In this document: positions 10,156 to 18,366 of the stretch, one piece after another
Layout: every line of letters begins with the position of its first letter
Numbering within the stretch: position 1 is the stretch's first letter
Assembly (NCBI GenBank): GCA_041548245.1
Contig: JBFESZ010000001.1
Location: 1 to 64,000 of the forward strand
DNA from: Sulfurimonadaceae bacterium
GTDB lineage: Bacteria > Campylobacterota > Campylobacteria > Campylobacterales > Sulfurimonadaceae
Direction: 5' to 3'
DNA: 64,000 nucleotides
The notes under the pieces: model-generated
Told to the model about the DNA's origin: nothing
Databases searched by the model: none
What the model saw: only the letters and a program-made list of their open reading frames with translations
Program-made: the position numbers and the translations under genes

Positions 10156-11246
10156 CCATGAATACCCAAGCCATACTAGACACCTTCCAAGAGAGTATCA
10201 TACAAATCGAGACACCATTTGCATCGGGCAGCGGTTTTTACCTTAAGGAGCATGAACTGATCATCACCAACTCCCACGTTGTCACAGGTCTGAAGAAAGT
10301 GATCATCAGTTCCAAGGATCTCAAACGTCGGGAAGCGACTGTGGTGTATGATGATCCAAAATATGACCTCGCCTTTATCAAGACGAAAACCTTAGAGATA
10401 AAGACCCCTTTGCACCTCTCCAAAAACAGTGTGCATGATGGAGACAAGGTCGTTGCGGTAGGTCATCCGTACGGACTGAACTATACGGCGACCGAAGGCA
10501 TCGTCTCTAAGGCGGTACGTCTTCAAGGTGAGCTTGAATACGTCCAGATAGACGCCGCCATAAATCCGGGGAACAGTGGAGGCCCTGTGCTCAATGAAGA
10601 GGGTGAGGTCATTGGTGTCAACACCTTCATTATCGAGAATTCGAACAACCTAGGTTTTGCCCTTCCCTTTGCCTATGTACAAGAAGCCCTTGATGCCTTT
10701 ATCCAACTTGGTAAAGACGACGTCATCCGCTGTTCTTCATGCCTAAACCTTGTACATGAGGTCACGATAAAAGATGACTACTGTCCTGAATGCGGCGTAA
10801 AGATAGACATAGCCAAAAAACGCAGAGAAGGCTACAACCCTGTCGGTACCATAAAGACCTTGGAAAGTATTCTCAGCGATATGGGAAAAGATGTCACCCT
10901 AGCCAGACGCGGTCAGCGGATGTGGCAGATTGACATCGGTTCAGCACGTATCGAGATCTCCTATTATGAGAATGGTGTCATCGTCGCCGATGCCTCGCTC
11001 TGCCGTCTTCCCCATGAGAAGATAGAGCAGATCTACCATTTTCTTTTAGAAGAGAACACTAAAATGGATTACCTTCAATTTTCGATTAATGATAACTCTA
11101 TTATGCTTTCATATATCATCGTAGACTCTTCGCTTGAAGAGAAGAATGGTGCCATTGCACTTGGACGACTCTTTTCAAAATCAGACATCTATGATGATAT
11201 ACTCATAAAGAACTACGGATGCCTTCGCATCAAAAGAGATGATTAG
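10152..11246 (+). CDS. Trypsin-like (S1C) serine protease fused to a Zn ribbon and a YbjN/CesT-like domain
   Basis: GSGF, TNSHVV (H42), YDLA (D72), IDAAINPGNSGGP (S142); CSSC...CPEC (C194/197/211/214); C-terminal IYHFLLEEN domain. No signal peptide or PDZ domain. GTGA overlap with the upstream gene. Confidence 0.88.
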   Translation: MTMNTQAILDTFQESIIQIETPFASGSGFYLKEHELIITNSHVVTGLKKVIISSKDLKRREATVVYDDPKYDLAFIKTKTLEIKTPLHLSKNSVHDGDKVVAVGHPYGLNYTATEGIVSKAVRLQGELEYVQIDAAINPGNSGGPVLNEEGEVIGVNTFIIENSNNLGFALPFAYVQEALDAFIQLGKDDVIRCSSCLNLVHEVTIKDDYCPECGVKIDIAKKRREGYNPVGTIKTLESILSDMGKDVTLARRGQRMWQIDIGSARIEISYYENGVIVADASLCRLPHEKIEQIYHFLLEENTKMDYLQFSINDNSIMLSYIIVDSSLEEKNGAIALGRLFSKSDIYDDILIKNYGCLRIKRDD

Positions 11247-11282
11247 TTCTTTTTTAATTCACATTTATGAAAGGAAAACAAT

Positions 11283-11717
11283 ATGAGCGAATTTACACAT
11301 ATCGTCTGTCCCCACTGTAACGGGACAAACAGAATCCCCTCAGATACAATGCCCAATGAAGCCAAATGCGGGCGATGCAAAAAATCCATTTTAGATACTA
11401 AGCCTATTGAGCTGACTACAGAGAACTTTGAACAGCACCTTCGTAAAAATGATATTCCGGTCATCATTGATTTCTGGGCACCATGGTGCGGACCTTGTAA
11501 GATGATGGGACCAAACTTTGAACAGGCCGCGCATAACTTCAAAGCAAAGGTGCGTTTTGCCAAGGTCAACACTGAAGATCAGCAAAGTCTGGGTGCACAC
11601 TTTAATATTCGTTCTATTCCAACGCTTATTTTATTCAAGAATGCAAAAGAGGTTGATAGAATATCAGGCGCTGTTGATGCTGCCCAACTGACAAGCTGGT
11701 TGAATCAAAGGATCTAA
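11283..11717 (+). CDS. trxC: Thioredoxin 2 (zinc-finger thioredoxin)
   Basis: N-terminal CPHC...CGRC, WCGPC active site and IRSIPT. Confidence 0.93.
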   Translation: MSEFTHIVCPHCNGTNRIPSDTMPNEAKCGRCKKSILDTKPIELTTENFEQHLRKNDIPVIIDFWAPWCGPCKMMGPNFEQAAHNFKAKVRFAKVNTEDQQSLGAHFNIRSIPTLILFKNAKEVDRISGAVDAAQLTSWLNQRI

Positions 11718-11833
11718 AACTCTATTTTTGAGACATTTACCTGAAATTTTTCCAATAACAGTTAGATATAATTTTTCTTGATCTAAACTTATGTAGAATA
11801 TGCATAATCTATTCTTGAAGGAGTCTCAAGTCA

Positions 11834-14800
11834 ATGCCGCTTAAAACAAAGTTTAAAGTCACAGAAACCCTTCATGAAAACAACCATCTCCTTGTTCTAA
11901 GAGCCATACGGTTGGCCGACAAGAACAAGGTTGTTCTAAAACTTGTCAAGCCCGCTTTTCGAAACGAACAGACTGTCTCACAATTTGCCAACGAAGAGCG
12001 AATACTTTCCAAACTTCATTCAAAAAACATCATAAAACTCTTGGATGTCTTGGTCACTCCGACAGACTATGTCCATATTTTTGAAGACATCGGCGGAACT
12101 TCCTTAGATTATACGCTTTCAAATAAAAGCTTAAACTTACAAGAAAAATTGGAAATAGCACTTGGCCTAGCAAAAGCTCTGCAGGGCATACATAGCAATG
12201 GTTTTATCCATACCGACGTCAATCCAAAGAACATTATTTACAATCCACACACGCATGAGGTTCAACTCATTGATTTCGGGCATACAAGAGAAATCGACCA
12301 CACCGACACGTATAATCATCTCCATGCCGTCTCTTCAGGTAGCGTATTTTATATGTCTCCCGAACAGACCGGACTGACAAAAAGGCCTATGGATATTCTC
12401 AGTGATCTATACAGTTTTGGGATGACGCTGTATTATCTTTTCCTGGGCTATATCCCTATTGATAGTTCCGACCGTTATAAACTCATACATAAACAGATCA
12501 CGCTTAATCCTGATCCACTTCATCTGCTAAACAAAGAGATTCCTCTAGTGATTTCAAGGATCGTGACAAAATTGATTCAAAAAAAACCTCAAGAGCGTTA
12601 TCAAAGTGATGAGGCAATCATTTATGACATCACAAAGGCTATCAAATCTATCAAGAACTCTGGTGAAATCTCTGATTTTGAGATTGCTACGCACAACCAG
12701 CCGAATCTGAACATAGGTCATCAGCTTTTTGCAAGAGAGGATGAACTCGAAGTTTTAGAACAAGTCAGTGAAAAAGCCAACTCCCCTATTGGCTTGAGCG
12801 GGTTTGTCTCAGGCCAAGCAGGTGTAGGAAAGACACGCTTAGTCAAAGAGCTTCTGCATCTTTGCTCTGTAAAGAATATCAAAACGCTTAATGGAGAGTT
12901 TGACCACTCTAACAATCGTACTCCGTACTTTGGCCTCAAACAGGTATTTTCACAACTTCACACACTCTGTATGACCCAAAGAGAAAAAAAGGTCATTACA
13001 ATCAGTGAACGTTCAGCGGCTGCTTTGCGTTTGATATTTCCAGAGCTATCCGATCTTTTGCCATTACCAGTAAATCGCACTTTGTCTTCTTCAGTTGATA
13101 CAAGAAGTCAGCTCTGCATAGCTGTCAAAGAACTTTTTGAAAACATCGCAACACAAGAACAGCCTTATCTCATCTTTCTAGACAACCTGCAGTGGGCAGA
13201 TTCGGCCTCAATAGAACTATTGGAAGAATCCATTTTAAAGTCAAAAATCAACTATCTTCACTTTATTGGTGCTTATCGTGACAATGAGATTTCACAAAAC
13301 AAAAATGCCCAATCCTTTATCAACAAAGTGCTCCATAGACCGAAACAGTTTGTGTTTCATATCGAGCTTTCCCCCTTCAGCAAAGATGATGTAGAGAAGA
13401 TGTTTATTACCCTATTCTCTTCCAAGACTAAAAAGATCAAAGAACTCTCAGCAATCATCCATACCAAAACAGGTGGTAATCCATTTTATATCAAAACCCT
13501 GCTCGATTATCTTATTGATGACAAAGAGCTCTCTTTCAAAAAAGGAAAATGGGACTACTCCATAGCTGACATACACAAGTATAATACAAGTATCAACATC
13601 GCCAAACTGCTCAATGACAAGTTTACAAAACTTTCTCAGGAAAAACAAAAATATCTATCATATCTAGCCCTGTTGGGAAGCTCTTTTGATCTCGATATGA
13701 CCCTTACAATGATGCATAACTTTGGTTTTGACAATACAATCATCCATGAAGTTCACAATGATGGTTATATTTATCTGCATATGAATCAGTACCAGTTTGT
13801 ACATAGTTTTGCCCGAGAGAATATCAACAAACTTATCCCTCTACATGATAAGCAAAAAATTCGCTTTAAAATAGGAAAGTTCTTACAACATGCTTATGAG
13901 TCTAATGAATATAATAACCCCATTATTATTGTGGGACATCTTAATATGGCTTACACAAATGGAAACTTTCCAAAGTATCTGTTTAAGCTCAACCTGATAG
14001 CTCTTGAGCAGACACTCGCCAACAATGCCAATCAACTCGCCCTTGAGCAAGTCAAATGGATCAACACCCACCTGTTTCATAAGGGACTATGGAAAGAGGC
14101 ATTCCATACTGCTTTTGAGTATAAAACACTCCTAGTCAGAACGCTTTATCTCAATGCTCAGCATGATCAAGCAATAGAAGAGATCGAAGAACTTTTTTCA
14201 AAAGCAAGATATTTAAAAGAGAAGATTTTATGTTTTAATCTATACAAGAACATCTGTGTCACACAGGGGAAAGGGTTTCATCCCTTAATAAAACTTGCCA
14301 ACTCGCTCTTAAATACATTGGGCTTACCTGTTCCCAACAAGAGTGATGATATGCAACATGAGATAGATGAACTTCAGAGTAAAATCCATAAACACACTCT
14401 TTTTAAACACCCCAACAAGATTCTTCAGCTCCCTAAAGTGCATAAGCCAAAGGAGCAATCCATCGCATCCTTGCTTATCGACTATTGGGAAATCGCTTTC
14501 TACATGGCCGATGTGAAACAGATGCAATGGGCCTCTTTATGCATTGTCTACACTTCATTCATACATGGAAATACCACAGAGTCTGCTCTCGGGTATGTTA
14601 TCTATGGTTCACAGTTAGTCTCGCAAAAAGAGTATAGAAAAGGATACCTTTTCGGCAAAGTCGCTTTAAAACTCAATCATGATCTTGTGATGCTGCCAAA
14701 AATAAACAACTTTGTTGCTAACTTCATCAATCCGTATACCAGACCTTTAATGGAGAATGTCACAATCTATCAAAAGAGTCTGAACCAAAGCAGACTCAAT

Positions 14801-17593
14801 GGGGACGTCGTCTTTGGAACCTGGGCAAACTTTTTAATGCATTTTTCAAATTTTCTTTCCGGTTTTTCCTTAGAGAAGGTGGCTGAAAAAATCACGACAG
14901 AGAGTGACTTTATCAAAAATTCCGGTGACCTTAAGATGATCGCGATCTTTGATATACTGGTCCGAAAGATCAATAACATGCAGGAATTGGACAGTATTAC
15001 TCTTTTTGATGAGAAAAGCGCTATTGAACTCTGGAAAAAAGACAACTTTTATCCTGCCCTAGCCTGGCATGCAATCATACAGGCACAAGAGTGTTTTCTC
15101 AAAGCTTCTTATGACGAAGGGTTGCAATACTTGGATGATTATGTCAACCTTGCTTCCAATGAAGTGATCATGTTTCCTAAGATCAGACTCCATTTTATCC
15201 GTGCCTTATTAGCTCTTGGCAAGCAGACACCTTTAAATCCCAAAGAGAAGATAACATTGAGACTGGATTTGGAAGAGTTTGACACCTATGCAAAGGCATC
15301 ACCTACTAACTTCAAGTTCTCAAAGCTTCTGTTACAAGCGGAACAGATGAAGAACAAGGCTACAGCCTGGGATGTCATCAAGATATATGATAAAGCGATA
15401 AACGAAGCCCGAAGAATAAAAAACCCGTTTTTACTGGCGCTGAGTAGTTTATGCGCCGGTCGTTTTTGGAAGCGCTCATATTATCATGACCTAAGTGATT
15501 TTTACTTCAATGAAGCCATTTCCGGACTAAATCAGTGGGGAGCTTACTCTATTGCGAAGCATGTGAAAAGCGTACTTCACAATGAAGAGGCGAAGAGAGC
15601 TGATGCAACTGAAGAAAAGTCCGTCTTACCTATAACAAACAACAACTTTCAAACACTTCTTGCTGCCTTTAGTACTATCTCTAAAGCGAAAGATACGAAA
15701 AAGCTTATCCACGATCTCATGCAGATCATCTTGCAAAATGCCACAGCTTCCAAAGCAGTCTTGATCCTTGAACATGAAGGCAGTTTTTTCACACGTGCAA
15801 GCATTGATTTTAAAAAACAGATGATTTACGATGACAAGACCCCTATCGAGGAGTCCACATCAATTCCAAAAAGCCTGATAACCTATACCATTAATACCGG
15901 TGAGAGGATCGATATTCAAAGACCTCAAGAGAGTGGCATGTCACAATCTGATGTGTATATTCAATCCCAACAACCCGCCTCATGCCTTTGTCTTCCTACA
16001 TTCTTGGAAGACTCCATCAAAGGTCTGCTTTATCTGGAACAGACAGAGGTGCATATTCCTCTTGATCCTGGGACTCTAAAAACAATAGAACTGCTCTTGT
16101 CACAGGCTGTGATCCTTTATCAGAATATCGCCTTATATGAGAGTGTAAAACTTGGTGAAGAGAACCTGAACAAAGCCCAAGAGATCTCACATGTGGGAAG
16201 CTGGCAGTTTAACACTCAGAATGATAAGGTAATCTGGTCCGCTGAGACCTATAGGATCTATGGACTCGATCCCTTTTCTTTCGACATCGATATAGAATGG
16301 TTTGTCTCACACCTCCATCCTGATGATGTCGATTATGTATCCAAGGCTGTTGATAAAGCACTTTCAGGCCAGGAGAATTATGATGTCATACACCGTATCA
16401 TCATCCCAAATGGTCAAGAGAAAATAGTCCATCAAAAAGGAGAGTTGCTTTCAAATGAAGGTGTACTGATTCTTTCAGGAACCATACAGGACATCACTGA
16501 AGCAGAAAATAGTAAAGCCACTATATCCCGTCTTTCACAGGTGGTGGATCAGAACCCCTTTTCAACCCTGATTACGGATGAAAATGGTTTTATCGTCTAT
16601 ACCAACAAAAAAACGGCAGAGATGACGGGATACACCCATGAAGAGCTTGTCGGAAAAAAGATGAATGTTTTTCGTTCCGGTTCACATTCTGACGAGTTTT
16701 ATGAGAAATTATGGAAGAGCATCAAAGTGGATAAAACCATCTGGAGAGGCACCCTGATCAATAAGATGAAAAACGGTGATCTTCTTGACTGCGAATCGAC
16801 AATCTTTCCTCTCTTTGACTCTCATGAAAAGATCATGAACTTTGTGACCATTCAGGATGATGCGACACAGAGAAATATCAAAGAAAAACTCTTTTTGATG
16901 CAGACACGGCATGCACAGATGGGAGAGATGATCTCAATGATTGCCCATCAATGGCGTCAACCTTTGGCCATTATGACAGCCTTGATGAACAAACAACGTG
17001 TTGATCTTGCACTGGAGCAGTCAAACGAAGAAGAGATTATGAGGACCTATGATGAGCTTGAGGACCAGATTAAACACCTCTCAAACACTATCAGCGACTT
17101 TAGAGATTTCTTCAAACCAGATAAAGAAGCTATCATGACAAAAAGCTCAATCATCATCTCCAAGTCTTATACCTTGATAGAACACGCTTTTCATCAAGAG
17201 CGCATTCATGTCGATTTCAGCTATGTCTCTGATAAATCCTATCTTACCTTTGAACGGGAGATGGAGCAGGTTATATTAAACCTCTTTAAGAATGCCCAAG
17301 ATGCCTTTAGCGACCGTAAAATCAAAGATCCGATCCTAAAAATCACTTGCTGGGATAAAGATGGATACGCCTGTATCAGCATAGAAGACAACGCGAAAGG
17401 TATTGATCAAAATGTCATCGATACCCTGTTTTTGCCGTATGTCTCTACCAAGGATCAAAAACAGGGGACGGGACTGGGATTGTATATGTCAAAGACAATC
17501 GTTGAAGAACATTGTAAAGGCAGTATAGATGTCTCTAACACCCAAGAGGGTGCCCGTTTTATTATCAGAATACCTCTGCATGCAAACCAATAA
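11834..17593 (+). CDS. Hybrid Ser/Thr kinase - AAA/STAND-like NTPase - helical repeat - GAF - PAS - PAS - histidine kinase
   Basis: VVLK, HTDVNPKN, DFG and YMSPE (kinase); GQAGVGKT P-loop (G327), LIFLDNLQWAD and KTGGNPF (NTPase); GAF (LCLP...GLLYLE); two PAS domains; IAHQWRQP (H1705), NLFKNAQDA, DNAKG and GTGLGLY. Confidence 0.92.
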   Translation: MPLKTKFKVTETLHENNHLLVLRAIRLADKNKVVLKLVKPAFRNEQTVSQFANEERILSKLHSKNIIKLLDVLVTPTDYVHIFEDIGGTSLDYTLSNKSLNLQEKLEIALGLAKALQGIHSNGFIHTDVNPKNIIYNPHTHEVQLIDFGHTREIDHTDTYNHLHAVSSGSVFYMSPEQTGLTKRPMDILSDLYSFGMTLYYLFLGYIPIDSSDRYKLIHKQITLNPDPLHLLNKEIPLVISRIVTKLIQKKPQERYQSDEAIIYDITKAIKSIKNSGEISDFEIATHNQPNLNIGHQLFAREDELEVLEQVSEKANSPIGLSGFVSGQAGVGKTRLVKELLHLCSVKNIKTLNGEFDHSNNRTPYFGLKQVFSQLHTLCMTQREKKVITISERSAAALRLIFPELSDLLPLPVNRTLSSSVDTRSQLCIAVKELFENIATQEQPYLIFLDNLQWADSASIELLEESILKSKINYLHFIGAYRDNEISQNKNAQSFINKVLHRPKQFVFHIELSPFSKDDVEKMFITLFSSKTKKIKELSAIIHTKTGGNPFYIKTLLDYLIDDKELSFKKGKWDYSIADIHKYNTSINIAKLLNDKFTKLSQEKQKYLSYLALLGSSFDLDMTLTMMHNFGFDNTIIHEVHNDGYIYLHMNQYQFVHSFARENINKLIPLHDKQKIRFKIGKFLQHAYESNEYNNPIIIVGHLNMAYTNGNFPKYLFKLNLIALEQTLANNANQLALEQVKWINTHLFHKGLWKEAFHTAFEYKTLLVRTLYLNAQHDQAIEEIEELFSKARYLKEKILCFNLYKNICVTQGKGFHPLIKLANSLLNTLGLPVPNKSDDMQHEIDELQSKIHKHTLFKHPNKILQLPKVHKPKEQSIASLLIDYWEIAFYMADVKQMQWASLCIVYTSFIHGNTTESALGYVIYGSQLVSQKEYRKGYLFGKVALKLNHDLVMLPKINNFVANFINPYTRPLMENVTIYQKSLNQSRLNGDVVFGTWANFLMHFSNFLSGFSLEKVAEKITTESDFIKNSGDLKMIAIFDILVRKINNMQELDSITLFDEKSAIELWKKDNFYPALAWHAIIQAQECFLKASYDEGLQYLDDYVNLASNEVIMFPKIRLHFIRALLALGKQTPLNPKEKITLRLDLEEFDTYAKASPTNFKFSKLLLQAEQMKNKATAWDVIKIYDKAINEARRIKNPFLLALSSLCAGRFWKRSYYHDLSDFYFNEAISGLNQWGAYSIAKHVKSVLHNEEAKRADATEEKSVLPITNNNFQTLLAAFSTISKAKDTKKLIHDLMQIILQNATASKAVLILEHEGSFFTRASIDFKKQMIYDDKTPIEESTSIPKSLITYTINTGERIDIQRPQESGMSQSDVYIQSQQPASCLCLPTFLEDSIKGLLYLEQTEVHIPLDPGTLKTIELLLSQAVILYQNIALYESVKLGEENLNKAQEISHVGSWQFNTQNDKVIWSAETYRIYGLDPFSFDIDIEWFVSHLHPDDVDYVSKAVDKALSGQENYDVIHRIIIPNGQEKIVHQKGELLSNEGVLILSGTIQDITEAENSKATISRLSQVVDQNPFSTLITDENGFIVYTNKKTAEMTGYTHEELVGKKMNVFRSGSHSDEFYEKLWKSIKVDKTIWRGTLINKMKNGDLLDCESTIFPLFDSHEKIMNFVTIQDDATQRNIKEKLFLMQTRHAQMGEMISMIAHQWRQPLAIMTALMNKQRVDLALEQSNEEEIMRTYDELEDQIKHLSNTISDFRDFFKPDKEAIMTKSSIIISKSYTLIEHAFHQERIHVDFSYVSDKSYLTFEREMEQVILNLFKNAQDAFSDRKIKDPILKITCWDKDGYACISIEDNAKGIDQNVIDTLFLPYVSTKDQKQGTGLGLYMSKTIVEEHCKGSIDVSNTQEGARFIIRIPLHANQ

Positions 17594-17619
17594 TCACAAA
17601 GCGAGCCGCAACTCTATGC

Positions 17620-17649
17620 AGGCGGATTTATAACACCGAACCCCCGCCT
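17620..17649. terminator. Possible terminator hairpin between convergent genes
   Basis: AGGCGG...CCGCCT inverted repeat in the 66-nt gap. The loop is long and there is no clear U tract. Confidence 0.3.
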
Positions 17650-17659
17650 TGGCATTTAC

Positions 17660-18232
17660 TTATTCGCAGGCCTCTTTTAAGACCAGTTCAAACGAGACAT
17701 CGATATCACTCCACACCTTTCCTTTCCCCTTGTGCGAAGAAACCTCATTAATAGAGCTTAATGCCGGGGAAGCCAAAAAATTCACCAGATCTATCCTTCC
17801 GTGTGCCTTTAATCGTTTTTGATCAAAGGTATAGGGCATGTAAATACTTTGAGAGACATCATTCATCGTGATCTCGACACTCAGCTCCTGTTTGTCCAGG
17901 TCAACACGCTTGATGATCGCATCAATATAATCTCCCTCTATCATATGTTTGAAAAAAGCCTTGACTAAGGTCTTGTCACGCTCTTGATTTTGAGTCTTTA
18001 CCGAACTTGTGTCGATGTGTACCGTCGCCATCGTGAAATATGAAAAAGCACAATCGTCCCTCTTCTGCTGGGCTTCAAAATTAAGGGTATCAAAGCTGCC
18101 TCTTATACCTACTTTGTCAGGTGATTCAAAAGCGATCCACTCAACACTCATACTCTCCACCTCGCAACTTGCAGCCAGCAGTGAACCAGCAAAAAAAGCA
18201 GAAACAACCAAAACAATCAAGTTTTTCATCAT
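17660..18232 (-). CDS. YceI-family periplasmic lipid/polyisoprenoid-binding protein
   Basis: Signal peptide; W-x-AF...G-x-F, IDTSSVKTQNQERD and ITMNDVS motifs typical of YceI. Confidence 0.82.
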   Translation of the reverse strand: MMKNLIVLVVSAFFAGSLLAASCEVESMSVEWIAFESPDKVGIRGSFDTLNFEAQQKRDDCAFSYFTMATVHIDTSSVKTQNQERDKTLVKAFFKHMIEGDYIDAIIKRVDLDKQELSVEITMNDVSQSIYMPYTFDQKRLKAHGRIDLVNFLASPALSSINEVSSHKGKGKVWSDIDVSFELVLKEACE

Positions 18233-18366
18233 ACATCCTCATAATATTTTATTATATTATATCAACAGATAATTACTCCATCCTTAGAGCATATACAAAA
18301 CTCATCAGTAAACATCTCTTTCAGAAAAAAGAGTTTACAATGTCATCAAATTATAAGGATATATAT

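Noticed and set aside
10152-11246. Calling the protease htrA/degP
   Set aside because: It has no signal peptide, TM segment or PDZ domain, and its C-terminal architecture is different.
18121-18366. 82-codon N-terminal extension of the M3 peptidase in the ORF track
   Set aside because: It overlaps the divergent YceI gene and an AT-rich promoter region; ATG 18367 has an SD and gives a normal length.
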